A stretch of DNA of 33,876 bases, taken from IMG/VR virus record IMGVR_UViG_2698536610_000003. The stretch is one strand, 5' to 3'. Numbering within the stretch: the first letter of the stretch is position 1; the number at the start of each line of letters is the position of its first letter. The stretch is from a virus. Taxonomy: Duplodnaviria; Heunggongvirae; Uroviricota; Caudoviricetes. This document shows, piece after piece, positions 7,870 to 17,399 of the stretch. The position numbers and the translations under genes are program-made. The notes beneath the pieces were generated by a model that was given only the letters and a program-made list of their open reading frames with translations, had not been told where the DNA came from and did no database searches.

Positions 7870-8911
7870 CTCCCAGAAGAGAAAGTTGCTGTGTTTTTAC
7901 ACCGGATGCTGATTTAATTAAGCTTTGCACGTCTTTAAAATCGGATAGTGGAATATTCATTATCGTAGCTGAGTACTCTGACAAGGCATGTTTAATCTCT
8001 TCTTGAGGTGTAGTTCCCCTAAGTAAAGGACAAAGTATCGCTCTTTTTAATTGAGCAGCATATCTCACAGTATGAGATGTCCCACTTTTTAGGCCCCATT
8101 CAACTGGGATCAATACATCACTTAAAGCTGCTTGAATTCTATTTCTACGAACAAAGTTTTCCTGTGATGGTTTTTGGTTTGGTAAATACTCAGTAAGAAT
8201 CAGTCCGCCATTATTTACAATATGGCCTCTCATCTCGCCACTATTTTTGGGATAATTTGAGTTTACGCCAGTACCTAACACAGCAATTGTCGGTATTTTA
8301 AATAACAGGGATGCTTCATGTGCAGATTGATCTATACCATATGCTAAACCGCTTACAGTTGAATAATCCGAATCTATAAATTGCGAGATTACTGCTTGAG
8401 TTAAATAAATTCCAAGTGCGGTTGGGTTTCTGGTGCCGACAACTCCAACACACTTTTTATCTAGCAAGGATACATTGCCTTGAGCAAACAACCAGAAAGG
8501 CGGCTCAGACAGGTCATTCAACTTGTCTGGATAGCTCGGAGAACCATAGTGGATGATTTTGTAACCACTATTATGATAATGTGTGAGTAATATTTTAGCC
8601 GTAGAAATCATGCTGTCCCGAAAAACAGACCAATTGCCTTCATTCAAATAATAAGGTTGGCGATGAAGTTTTACTCCAAGTAGATACTCAAAGTTGGCTA
8701 ATGTTTGACTGGTAACAATGTCTCTAAATCTGATTCCCTTTTGAGCAACTTTATATAGAGTCCAATAACTAACGCCATGTATTTCTGATAGTGCCAACAA
8801 AGCGGCACTTTCTGTGTTCCATCGAGCTGTTTCAATATCCGTCATAATGTTCGCCAAAATGGAAGATTTTTTATCGCTTTTATCATAGGTTTGTATAAAA
8901 GTGTAGCACAT
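7862..8911 (-). CDS. DprA/Smf-like Rossmann-fold protein
   Basis: 349 aa; core VSGLAYGIDQSAHEASL...TIAVLGTGVNSNYPKNS...FVRRNRIQAALSDVLIPVEWGLKSGTSHTVRYAAQLKRA parallels DprA Rossmann signature (SGxAxGID..AH..AL, AVLG.G....YP, RNRI.A.LS); N-terminal helical region; AT-rich. Confidence 0.8.
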   Translation of the reverse strand: MCYTFIQTYDKSDKKSSILANIMTDIETARWNTESAALLALSEIHGVSYWTLYKVAQKGIRFRDIVTSQTLANFEYLLGVKLHRQPYYLNEGNWSVFRDSMISTAKILLTHYHNSGYKIIHYGSPSYPDKLNDLSEPPFWLFAQGNVSLLDKKCVGVVGTRNPTALGIYLTQAVISQFIDSDYSTVSGLAYGIDQSAHEASLLFKIPTIAVLGTGVNSNYPKNSGEMRGHIVNNGGLILTEYLPNQKPSQENFVRRNRIQAALSDVLIPVEWGLKSGTSHTVRYAAQLKRAILCPLLRGTTPQEEIKHALSEYSATIMNIPLSDFKDVQSLIKSASGVKTQQLSLLGDE

Positions 8912-9049
8912 TAAACCAAGACTTTAGAGGGCATGTTCTTGCATCAAACTGCATGTAAAAAAACAAAAAATTAATGCACCTTAGGCCTTATCCAGTCAAT
9001 CTCGAGTGTTCACATGCATCTGCATTAAAACCGCCCCACGAAGCGGGCG

Positions 9050-9068
9050 GGCGAGGCGGGGAAAGCAC
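9050..9068. other. cos: cos site, 19-nt cohesive end sequence ggcgaggcggggaaagcac
   Basis: Exact 19-mer that I recall as the P2 cohesive end, at the expected position between the accessory region and portal gene Q. Confidence 0.75.
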
Positions 9069-9211
9069 TGCGCGCTGGCGGTGGTGCTGATTTTATTTTT
9101 TCAGCGTCTGAGCGCGTCGTGATGGCGTTTAGATTGTTCGCCGGGGCCGTTGGTGTGTCTGCGGGGTGTTTTGTGCGGTGGTGAGCGTATGAGGGCGTGA
9201 TGACGGGGTGT

Positions 9212-9233
9212 AAAAAAGCCGCCCGCAGGCGGC
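9212..9233 (-). terminator. rho-independent terminator after Q (minus-strand RNA GCCGCC-UGCG-GGCGGC followed by UUUUUU)
   Basis: Perfect 6-bp GC stem with 4-nt loop and 6-U tract read on the minus strand just past the Q stop codon. Confidence 0.7.
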
Positions 9234-9238
9234 GATGT

Positions 9239-10273
9239 TCAGCCGTTGTCAGTGTCCAGTGAGTAGTTTTTAAAGCGGATGACTTCCTGGCCGAGCCAGC
9301 CGTTTATCTCGCGGATCCTGTCCTGTAGCGGGATAAGCTCATTGCGGACAAAGACCTTTGCCACTTTCTCAATATCGCCCAGCGACCCGACGTTCTCCGG
9401 CTTGCCGCCCATCAACTGAAAGGGGATGCGGTGCGCGTCCAGCAGGTCAGCGGCGCTGGCTTTTTTGATATTAAAAAAATCGTCCTTCGTCGCCACTTCA
9501 CTGAGCGGGATAATTTTAATGCCGTCGGCTTTCCCCTGTGGGGCATAGAGAAACAGGTTTTTAAAGTTGTTGCGGCCTTTCGACTTAACCATGTTTTCGC
9601 GGAGCATTTCGATATCGTTGCGATCCTGCACGGCATCGGTGACGTACATGATGTATCCGGCATGTGCGCCGTTTTCGTAATACTTGCGGCGGAACAGCGT
9701 GGCTGATTCATTCAGCCAGGCAGAGTTAAGGGCGCTGAGATATTCCGGCAGGCCGTACAGCTCCTGATTGATATCCGGCTCCAGCAGGTGAAACACGGAG
9801 CCGGGCGTGAAAGGTGTTGGCTCGTTGAAGGACGGCACCCACCAGTAAATATCTTCTTCCACACCACGGCGGGTATATTTTGCCGGTGAGGTTTCCAGTC
9901 TGATGACCTTACCGGTGGTGCTGTAACGCTTTTCCAGAAACGCATTACCGAACACCAGAAAATCCAGCACAAAGCGGCTGAAATCCTGCTGGGAAAGCCA
10001 CGGATGCGGGATAAATGTCGAGGCCAGAATATTACGTTTGACGTAAATCGGGGAGCTGTGATGCACGGCAGCACGCAGGCTTTTTGCCAGACCGGTAAAG
10101 CTGACCGGTGGCTCATACCATCTGCCGTTACTGATGCACTCGACGTAATCCAGAATGTCACGGCGATCGAGTACCGGCACCGGCTCACCAAAGGTGAATG
10201 CCTCCATTTTCGGGGCGCTGGTGGTCATTGTTTTTGCCGCTGGTCGCGGTGTTTTCCCTTTTTTCTTGCTCAT
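9239..10273 (-). CDS. Q: portal protein Q
   Basis: 344 aa, same size and position as P2 Q; stop/start overlap (ATGA) with P. Confidence 0.93.
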   Translation of the reverse strand: MSKKKGKTPRPAAKTMTTSAPKMEAFTFGEPVPVLDRRDILDYVECISNGRWYEPPVSFTGLAKSLRAAVHHSSPIYVKRNILASTFIPHPWLSQQDFSRFVLDFLVFGNAFLEKRYSTTGKVIRLETSPAKYTRRGVEEDIYWWVPSFNEPTPFTPGSVFHLLEPDINQELYGLPEYLSALNSAWLNESATLFRRKYYENGAHAGYIMYVTDAVQDRNDIEMLRENMVKSKGRNNFKNLFLYAPQGKADGIKIIPLSEVATKDDFFNIKKASAADLLDAHRIPFQLMGGKPENVGSLGDIEKVAKVFVRNELIPLQDRIREINGWLGQEVIRFKNYSLDTDNG

Positions 10274-12045
10274 CAGTAAAACTCCAGAATGGTGGATGTC
10301 AGCGGAGTGCTGATACCGGCGGTGAGTGGCTCATTTAACAGGGCGTGCATGGTCGCCCAGGCGAGGTCGGCGTGGCTGGCTTCCTCGCTGCGGCTGGCCT
10401 CATAGGTGGCGCTGCGTCCGCTGCTGGTCATGGTCTTGCGGATAGCCATAAACGAGCTGGTGATGTCGGTGGCGCTGACGTCATATTCCAGACAGCCACG
10501 GCGGATAACGTCTTTGGCCTTGAGCACCATTGCGGTTTTCATTTCCGGCGTGTAGCGGATGTCGCGCGCGGCGGGATAGAACGAGCGCACGAGCTGGAAC
10601 ACGCCGACACCGAGGCCGGTGGCATCAATTCCGATGTATTCGACGTTGTATTTTTCGGTGAGTTTGCGGATGGATTCAGCCTGAGTGGCAAAGTCCATGC
10701 CTTTCCACTGATGACGCTCAAGTATTCTGAATTTGCCACCGGCCACCACCGGCGGTGCCAGCACCACGCATCCGGCGCTGTCGCCACGGTGTGACGGGTC
10801 GTAACCAATCCAGACCGGACGGGAGCCGAACGGATTGGCAGCAAAGGGGGCATAGTCTTCCCATTCTTCCAGCGTGTCGACCATGCAGCGTTGCAGCTCC
10901 TCGAACGGGAACACCGACGCCTTGTCGTCAACAAATTCACACATGAACAGGTTTTTAAAATCGTCGGCGCTGTTTTCGCGTTTGAGCTGCTCAATGTCGA
11001 ACAGCGTGCAGCCGCCTTTCAGGGCGTCCTCAATGGTGACAATCTGCCGCCACTGGCCGTCCGCACAGAGAAGCCCACCGGCAAGGGCGTTATGACTGAC
11101 GTCGATTTCCACGCGTTCGGCGGCGCTGGCGCGTCCCCGGTTGAACAGTTCACCCGACCAGAACGGGTAGGCGTCGTGCGCCAGCGTGGACGGGGTGGAG
11201 AAATAGGTCGATCGCAGGTGACTCTGTGAGGCCATACCTGATGCCACCTTACGCAGCACCTGAAAATTCGGGATCCAGAAAATCTCGTCGACGTACAGGT
11301 CGCCGTTATGGCTCTGCGCGGTGTTGGAGTTGGTGCCGAGAAAAATCAGTTTTGCGCCGTTATTGCCCAGGACAATCGGGTCACCGGTCAGGTCAACGTC
11401 AACCAGATGGGCAAAGGCGATGATGTATTCACGGAACACATACGCCTGCGTTTTACTGGCCGACAGAAAAATCTGGTTATGACCGGTTTTCAGGGCGCGC
11501 AGCAGCGCCTCGCGGGAAAAATAAAACGTCGCGCCAATCTGGCGGGATTTCAGGATATCGCGGATGCGGTGCTCAAGCCCGGCGCGATACCAGTGCAACT
11601 GATAATCGAAAGACTGCTCAAAGAAAATCTGCTCCAGCTTTTCGATGGCCTCGTCACTGAAAAAATTCTTTTTCGGTTTGCGCCGCCCGCCTTTGTTGCG
11701 GTTAGCGACGTTCGGATTAAGGTCTGCCTCGTTGCCGGTCTGGCTGTAGCGGTTTACCCGTGCCAGTCGTTCAATCTGGCGTCCCAGCAGGTCAATTTCC
11801 TTGAAATCACCGCCGGTTTTCTGCGGTTTGATGATGAGCTGGGTCAGCCGCGCTTCCAGACTCATTTCGACACGGCTGATGGGGGCAACGCTGTCCCAGC
11901 CGTCGCGCTGTTTCCAGCTCTGCACCGTCGGGCGTTTCATCTGCAACATGGCGGCAATCTGCGGCACGGAAAATCCCTGCCAGTACAGCAGCGCCGCCTG
12001 ACGACGCGGGTCGTGTAAAAGAGTGGTGTCTGTGGTGATGGTCAT
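10273..12045 (-). CDS. P: terminase large subunit P
   Basis: 590 aa from ATG 12045 (track start at 12075 is a TTG 10 codons upstream); N-terminus MTITTDTTLLHDPRR matches P2 P as I recall. Confidence 0.92.
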   Translation of the reverse strand: MTITTDTTLLHDPRRQAALLYWQGFSVPQIAAMLQMKRPTVQSWKQRDGWDSVAPISRVEMSLEARLTQLIIKPQKTGGDFKEIDLLGRQIERLARVNRYSQTGNEADLNPNVANRNKGGRRKPKKNFFSDEAIEKLEQIFFEQSFDYQLHWYRAGLEHRIRDILKSRQIGATFYFSREALLRALKTGHNQIFLSASKTQAYVFREYIIAFAHLVDVDLTGDPIVLGNNGAKLIFLGTNSNTAQSHNGDLYVDEIFWIPNFQVLRKVASGMASQSHLRSTYFSTPSTLAHDAYPFWSGELFNRGRASAAERVEIDVSHNALAGGLLCADGQWRQIVTIEDALKGGCTLFDIEQLKRENSADDFKNLFMCEFVDDKASVFPFEELQRCMVDTLEEWEDYAPFAANPFGSRPVWIGYDPSHRGDSAGCVVLAPPVVAGGKFRILERHQWKGMDFATQAESIRKLTEKYNVEYIGIDATGLGVGVFQLVRSFYPAARDIRYTPEMKTAMVLKAKDVIRRGCLEYDVSATDITSSFMAIRKTMTSSGRSATYEASRSEEASHADLAWATMHALLNEPLTAGISTPLTSTILEFY

Positions 12046-12218
12046 GAATACCTCGCCGTGATGAATACACGGCAAGGCTACTGAGTCGCGCCCTGCGATT
12101 CGCTAAGGTGCTGTTGTGTCAGTGATAAGCCATCCGGGACTGATGGCGGAGGATGCGCATCGTCGGGAAACTGATGCCGACATGTGACTCCTCTAATCAC
12201 TATTCAGGACTCCTGACA
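12046..12218. promoter_or_regulatory. divergent late promoter region (expected Ogr-dependent promoters for the Q-P and O-to-S operons)
   Basis: Intergenic region between divergent P and O, placed by P2 gene organisation; no motif confidently identified. Confidence 0.4.
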
Positions 12219-13073
12219 ATGGCAAAAAAAGTCTCAAAATTCTTTCGTATCGGCGTTGAGGGTGACACCTGTGACGGGCGTGTCATCAGTGCGCAGGATA
12301 TTCAGGAAATGGCCGAAACCTTTGACCCGCGAGTCTATGGTTGCCGCATTAACCTGGAACATCTGCGCGGCATCCTGCCTGACGGTATTTTTAAGCGTTA
12401 TGGCGATGTGGCCGAACTGAAGGCCGAAAAGATTGACGATGATTCGGCGCTGAAAGGCAAATGGGCGCTGTTTGCGAAAATCACCCCGACCGATGACCTT
12501 ATCGCGATGAACAAGGCCGCGCAGAAGGTCTATACCTCAATGGAAATTCAGCCGAACTTTGCCAATACCGGCAAATGTTATCTGGTGGGTCTGGCCGTCA
12601 CCGATGACCCGGCAAGCCTCGGCACGGAATACCTGGAATTCTGCCGCACGGCAAAACACAACCCTCTGAACCGCTTCAAATTAAGCCCTGAAAACCTGAT
12701 TTCAGTGGCAACGCCTGTTGAGCTGGAATTTGAAGACCTGCCTGAAACCGTGTTCACAGCCCTGACCGAAAAGGTGAAATCCATTTTTGGCCGCAAACAG
12801 GCCAGCGATGACGCCCGTCTGAATGACGTGCATGAAGCGGTGACCGCTGTCGCTGAGCATGTGCAGGAAAAACTGAGCGCCACTGAGCAGCGCCTTGCTG
12901 AGATGGAAACCGCCTTTTCCGCACTTAAGCAGGATGTGACTGACAGGGCGGATGAAACCAGTCAGGCATTCACCCGCCTGAAAAACAGTCTCGACCACAC
13001 CGAAAGTCTGACCCAGCAGCGCCGCAGTAAAGCCACCGGCGGTGGCGGTGACGCCCTGATGACGAACTGCTGA
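12219..13073 (+). CDS. O: capsid scaffolding protein O
   Basis: 284 aa from ATG 12219 (track start 12153 is upstream in frame); N-terminus MAKKVSKFFRIGVEGD matches P2 O as I recall. Confidence 0.9.
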   Translation: MAKKVSKFFRIGVEGDTCDGRVISAQDIQEMAETFDPRVYGCRINLEHLRGILPDGIFKRYGDVAELKAEKIDDDSALKGKWALFAKITPTDDLIAMNKAAQKVYTSMEIQPNFANTGKCYLVGLAVTDDPASLGTEYLEFCRTAKHNPLNRFKLSPENLISVATPVELEFEDLPETVFTALTEKVKSIFGRKQASDDARLNDVHEAVTAVAEHVQEKLSATEQRLAEMETAFSALKQDVTDRADETSQAFTRLKNSLDHTESLTQQRRSKATGGGGDALMTNC

Positions 13074-13131
13074 CCGGCGTCAGTCAGTCCGGGAAAACCT
13101 TCACGATTAACCCTTAATTTCAGGAAAAACT

Positions 13132-14205
13132 ATGCGCCAGGAAACCCGCTTTAAATTTAATGCCTACCTGTCCCGTGTTGCCGAACTGAACGGCATCGAC
13201 GCCGGTGATGTGTCGAAAAAATTCACCGTTGAACCGTCGGTCACCCAGACCCTGATGAACACCATGCAGGAGTCCTCTGATTTTCTGACCCGCATCAACA
13301 TTGTGCCGGTCAGCGAAATGAAAGGGGAAAAAATTGGTATCGGTGTCACCGGCTCCATCGCCAGCACCACCGACACCGCCGGTGGCACCGAGCGTCAGCC
13401 GAAGGACTTCTCGAAGCTGGCGTCTAACAAGTACGAATGCGACCAGATTAACTTCGATTTTTATATCCGCTACAAAACGCTGGACCTGTGGGCGCGTTAT
13501 CAGGATTTCCAGCTCCGTATCCGTAACGCCATTATCAAACGCCAGTCCCTTGATTTCATCATGGCCGGTTTTAACGGCGTGAAGCGTGCCGAAACCTCTG
13601 ACCGCAACAGTAATCCGATGCTGCAGGATGTGGCGGTCGGCTGGCTGCAGAAATACCGCAATGAAGCCCCGGCGCGCGTGATGAGCAAGGTCACTGACGA
13701 GGAAGGCCGCACCACCTCTGAGGTTATCCGCGTGGGTAAGGGCGGTGATTATGCCAGCCTTGATGCACTGGTGATGGATGCGACCAACAACCTGATTGAA
13801 CCGTGGTATCAGGAAGACCCTGACCTTGTGGTGATTGTGGGACGTCAGCTACTGGCGGACAAGTATTTTCCCATCGTCAACAAGGAGCAGGACAACAGCG
13901 AAATGCTGGCCGCTGACGTCATCATCAGCCAGAAACGCATCGGCAACCTGCCAGCGGTACGCGTCCCGTACTTCCCGGCAGATGCGATGCTCATCACGAA
14001 GCTGGAAAACCTGTCCATCTACTACATGGATGACAGCCATCGCCGCGTGATTGAGGAAAACCCGAAACTCGACCGCGTGGAGAACTACGAGTCAATGAAC
14101 ATTGATTACGTGGTGGAAGACTACGCCGCCGGTTGTCTGGTGGAAAAAATTAAGGTCGGTGATTTCTCCACACCGGCTAAAGCGACCGCAGAGCCGGGAG
14201 CGTAA
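13132..14205 (+). CDS. N: major capsid protein N
   Basis: 357 aa, same size and position as P2 N. Confidence 0.93.
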   Translation: MRQETRFKFNAYLSRVAELNGIDAGDVSKKFTVEPSVTQTLMNTMQESSDFLTRINIVPVSEMKGEKIGIGVTGSIASTTDTAGGTERQPKDFSKLASNKYECDQINFDFYIRYKTLDLWARYQDFQLRIRNAIIKRQSLDFIMAGFNGVKRAETSDRNSNPMLQDVAVGWLQKYRNEAPARVMSKVTDEEGRTTSEVIRVGKGGDYASLDALVMDATNNLIEPWYQEDPDLVVIVGRQLLADKYFPIVNKEQDNSEMLAADVIISQKRIGNLPAVRVPYFPADAMLITKLENLSIYYMDDSHRRVIEENPKLDRVENYESMNIDYVVEDYAAGCLVEKIKVGDFSTPAKATAEPGA

Positions 14206-14208
14206 CCG

Positions 14209-14952
14209 ATGACGAGTCCCGCACAGCGCCACATGATGCGGGTCTCGGCAGCGATGACCGCGCAGCGGGAAGCCGCCCCGCTGCGACATGCAACTGTCTA
14301 TGAGCAGATGCTGGTTAAGCTCGCCGCAGACCAGCGCACACTGAAAGCGATTTATTCAAAAGAGCTGAAGGCCGCAAAAAAACGCGAACTGCTGCCGTTC
14401 TGGTTGCCGTGGGTGAACGGCGTGCTGGAGCAGGGCAAAGGCGCACAGGATGACATTCTGATGACGGTCATGCTGTGGCGTCTGGATACCGGCGATATTG
14501 CCGGTGCGCTGGAGATTGCCCGTTATGCCCTGAAATACGGTCTGACCATGCCGGGTAAACACCGCCGCACCCCGCCGTACATGTTCACCGAGGAGGTGGC
14601 ACTTGCGGCCATGCGAGCCCACGCTGCCGGTGAGTCTGTGAATACCCGCCTGCTGACGGACACCCTCGAACTGACCGCCACGGCTGACATGCCTGATGAA
14701 GTGCGCGCAAAGCTGCACAAAATCACCGGTCTGTTTCTGCGTGACGCTGGTGATGCCGCCGGTGCGCTGGCTCACCTGCAACGTGCGACACAGCTCGACT
14801 GTCAGGCAGGCGTCAAAAAAGAGATTGAACGACTGGAGCGGGAGCTGAAACCGAAGCCGGAGCCGCAGCCAAAAGCGGCCACCCGTACCCCGCATAAGAC
14901 CCGGAGCGTGACACCGGCAAAACGTGGACGCCCGAAAAAGAAAGCCAGTTAA
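14209..14952 (+). CDS. M: terminase small (endonuclease) subunit M
   Basis: 247 aa, basic C-terminal tail (KRGRPKKKAS), same size and position as P2 M. Confidence 0.9.
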   Translation: MTSPAQRHMMRVSAAMTAQREAAPLRHATVYEQMLVKLAADQRTLKAIYSKELKAAKKRELLPFWLPWVNGVLEQGKGAQDDILMTVMLWRLDTGDIAGALEIARYALKYGLTMPGKHRRTPPYMFTEEVALAAMRAHAAGESVNTRLLTDTLELTATADMPDEVRAKLHKITGLFLRDAGDAAGALAHLQRATQLDCQAGVKKEIERLERELKPKPEPQPKAATRTPHKTRSVTPAKRGRPKKKAS

Positions 14953-15051
14953 CAACCGAATGCGCCCCGCGCCAGGGCGGCACGCCGGTCAGTGAGGGTG
15001 AATCACCTGACACAGCACTGGCGTCCACCGCCCGACTTTTCAGAGGTAGTC

Positions 15052-15561
15052 ATGATGACGCTGATTATTCCGCGAAAGGAGGCTCCCGTGTCCGGTGAGG
15101 GTACGGTGGTCATCCCGCAACCGGCAGGCGACGAGCCGGTGATTAAAAACACGTTCTTTTTTCCCGATATCGACCCGAAGCGCGTCCGGGAACGTATGCG
15201 CCTTGAGCAGACCGTCGCCCCCGCCCGTCTGCGTGAGGCCATCAAGTCAGGCATGGCGGAAACAAATGCGGAGCTGTACGAGTACCGCGAACAGAAAATT
15301 GCCGCCGGTTTTACGCGTCTGGCGGACGTTCCGGCAGACGATATCGACGGTGAAAGCATCAAAGTTTTTTACTACGAGCGCGCCGTGTGTGCGATGGCGA
15401 CCGCGTCGCTTTATGAGCGTTATCGCGGCGTGGATGCCAGTGCGAAAGGCGACAAGAAGGCCGACAGCATTGACAGCACCATTGATGAGCTGTGGCGGGA
15501 TATGCGCTGGGCAGTGGCGCGCATCCAGGACAAGCCGCGCTGCATCGTGAGTCAAATCTGA
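15052..15561 (+). CDS. L: head completion protein L
   Basis: 169 aa from ATG 15052 (track start 14992 is non-ATG upstream); N-terminus MMTLIIPRKEAPV matches P2 L as I recall. Confidence 0.88.
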   Translation: MMTLIIPRKEAPVSGEGTVVIPQPAGDEPVIKNTFFFPDIDPKRVRERMRLEQTVAPARLREAIKSGMAETNAELYEYREQKIAAGFTRLADVPADDIDGESIKVFYYERAVCAMATASLYERYRGVDASAKGDKKADSIDSTIDELWRDMRWAVARIQDKPRCIVSQI

Positions 15562-15764
15562 TGAAGACCTTTGCGCTACAGGGCGACACGCTCGACGCCA
15601 TTTGTGTCCGGTATTACGGGCGCACTGAGGGCGTGGTTGAGACCGTGCTCGCCGCAAATCCGGGACTGGCTGAACTGGGTGCGGTGCTGCCACACGGCAC
15701 CGCCGTCGAACTGCCCGACGTTCAGACCGCGCCCGTGGCTGAAACTGTCAATCTGTGGGAGTAA
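15561..15764 (+). CDS. X: tail protein X
   Basis: 67 aa from ATG 15561 overlapping the L stop (TGATG); MKTFALQGDTLDAI matches P2 X as I recall. Confidence 0.85.
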   Translation: MKTFALQGDTLDAICVRYYGRTEGVVETVLAANPGLAELGAVLPHGTAVELPDVQTAPVAETVNLWE

Positions 15765-15767
15765 CGC

Positions 15768-16049
15768 ATGACAGCAGAAGAAAAAAGCGTCCTGTCGCTT
15801 TTCATGATTGGGGTGCTGATTGTTGTCGGCAAGGTGCTTGCCGGTGGTGAACCCATCACCCCGCGTCTGTTTATCGGGCGCATGTTGCTCGGTGGTTTTG
15901 TCTCGATGGTTGCCGGTGTTGTTCTGGTGCAGTTTCCTGACCTGTCACTGCCTGCGGTGTGCGGCATCGGCTCCATGCTGGGTATCGCCGGTTATCAGGT
16001 GATTGAGATTGCCATTCAGCGCCGCTTTAAGGGCAGGGGGAAACAGTAA
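15768..16049 (+). CDS. Y: holin Y
   Basis: 93 aa with hydrophobic transmembrane segments and charged C-terminus (RRFKGRGKQ); first gene of lysis cassette. Confidence 0.9.
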   Translation: MTAEEKSVLSLFMIGVLIVVGKVLAGGEPITPRLFIGRMLLGGFVSMVAGVVLVQFPDLSLPAVCGIGSMLGIAGYQVIEIAIQRRFKGRGKQ

Positions 16050-16546
16050 TGCCGGTAATTAACACGCATCAGAATATCGCCGCCTTTCTCGACATGCTGG
16101 CCGTGTCCGAAGGGACGGCGAATCATCCGCTGACGAAAAACCGGGGCTATGACGTGATAGTCACCGGACTGGACGGAAAGCCGGAAATTTTCACCGACTA
16201 CAGTGACCACCCGTTCGCACATGGCCGACCGGCGAAGGTGTTTAACCGTCGCGGTGAAAAATCCACGGCCTCCGGTCGCTATCAGCAGCTTTACCTGTTC
16301 TGGCCGCATTACCGCAAACAGCTTGTCCTGCCGGATTTCAGTCCGTTGTCACAGGACAGACTCGCCATTCAGTTGATCCGCGAACGCGGTGCACTGGATG
16401 ACATCCGGGCGGGACGCATTGAGCGCGCCATTTCACGCTGTCGCAATATCTGGGCGTCCCTGCCGGGTGCCGGTTACGGTCAGCGTGAGCATTCACTGGA
16501 AAAACTGGTCACCGTCTGGCGTACCGCTGGCGGCGTACCGGCTTAA
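16049..16546 (+). CDS. K: endolysin K
   Basis: 165 aa soluble protein directly after the holin with ATG/TAA overlap; same size as P2 K. Confidence 0.9.
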   Translation: MPVINTHQNIAAFLDMLAVSEGTANHPLTKNRGYDVIVTGLDGKPEIFTDYSDHPFAHGRPAKVFNRRGEKSTASGRYQQLYLFWPHYRKQLVLPDFSPLSQDRLAIQLIRERGALDDIRAGRIERAISRCRNIWASLPGAGYGQREHSLEKLVTVWRTAGGVPA

Positions 16547-16560
16547 ACGGAGTAAACACC

Positions 16561-16986
16561 ATGAAGAAATTATCCCTTTCACTGATGCTGAACGTGTCGC
16601 TGGCGCTGATGCTGGCACTGTCCCTGATTTACCCGCAGAGCGTGGCCGTCAGTTTTGTCGTTGCCTGGGCGATTCTGGCGACGGTTATCTGTGTGGTTGC
16701 CGGTGGTGTCGGCGTGTATGCCACGGAGTATGTACTGGAACGCTACGGGCGGGTGCTGCCGCCGGAATCGCTGGCCGTGCAGATTGTCACGTCGCTGTTT
16801 TTGCAGCCGGTGCCGTGGCGCAGACGGGCGGCGGCTCTGGTGGTGATGGTGGCGACGTTTGTCTCGCTGATTGCTGCCGGGTGGATTTTTACCGCGCTGA
16901 TTTATCTCATGGCGTCGCTGTTCTTCCGGTTGGTACGTACGGCCTGCCGTCAGCGTTTTGAGGGGCGGGCACCATGTCAAAGCTGA
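16561..16986 (+). CDS. lysA: lysis accessory membrane protein LysA
   Basis: 141 aa, multiple hydrophobic helices; position and size match P2 LysA. Confidence 0.85.
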   Translation: MKKLSLSLMLNVSLALMLALSLIYPQSVAVSFVVAWAILATVICVVAGGVGVYATEYVLERYGRVLPPESLAVQIVTSLFLQPVPWRRRAAALVVMVATFVSLIAAGWIFTALIYLMASLFFRLVRTACRQRFEGRAPCQS

Positions 16987-17399
16987 TGATTGTGCTGGTT
17001 GTGTTGTTATCACTGGCGGTGGCCGGTCTGTTTCTGACGAAGCATGAAAACGCCAGCCTGCGCACCTCACTGGACAGGGCGAGCAACGTCGCCAGCGGGC
17101 AGCAGACGACCATCACCATGCTGAAAAATCAGCTTCATGTTGCCCTCACCAGGGCAGACAAAAACGAGCTGGCGCAGGTAGCACTGCGTCAGGAACTGGA
17201 GAACGCCGCGAAGCGTGAAGCACAGCGCGAGAAAACCATCACGAGGTTACTTAATGAAAACGAAGATTTTCGCCGCTGGTACGGCGCTGACCTGCCTGAT
17301 GCTGTGCGCCGGTTGCACCAGCGCCCGGCCTGCACTGACGCCAGTGATTGTCGCCAACGCCTGCCCGAAAGTGAGTCTTTGCCCGATGCCGGGCAGTGA
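16974..17399 (+). CDS. lysB: i-spanin (Rz-like) LysB
   Basis: 141 aa, N-terminal TM anchor then coiled-coil-like periplasmic domain; overlaps lysA. Confidence 0.85.
   Translation: MSKLMIVLVVLLSLAVAGLFLTKHENASLRTSLDRASNVASGQQTTITMLKNQLHVALTRADKNELAQVALRQELENAAKREAQREKTITRLLNENEDFRRWYGADLPDAVRRLHQRPACTDASDCRQRLPESESLPDAGQ

Noticed and set aside
8931-8999. Sigma70 promoter for the DprA-like/PRTase operon (minus-strand TTGACT at plus 8994..8999)
   Set aside because: A good -35 exists but no acceptable -10 at 16-18 bp spacing (CATTAA or ATTAAT at best); not reported as a feature.
9412-12070. Numerous 60-240 aa ORFs on both strands inside Q and P (for example 9712..10191, 10345..10794, 11308..12018)
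   Set aside because: All nested in alternative frames of the portal and terminase genes; no RBS or homology rationale; GC-rich sequence yields long spurious ORFs.
12046-12075. ORF-track start for P at 12075
   Set aside because: Codon 12073..12075 is TTG, not ATG; the in-frame ATG at 12045 gives the expected P2-like N-terminus and a 590-aa protein.
16389-17119. ORFs 16389..16961, 16579..17070 and others overlapping the lysis genes
   Set aside because: Alternative frames within K/lysA/lysB; only lysC is accepted because of its lipoprotein signal and known nested arrangement.
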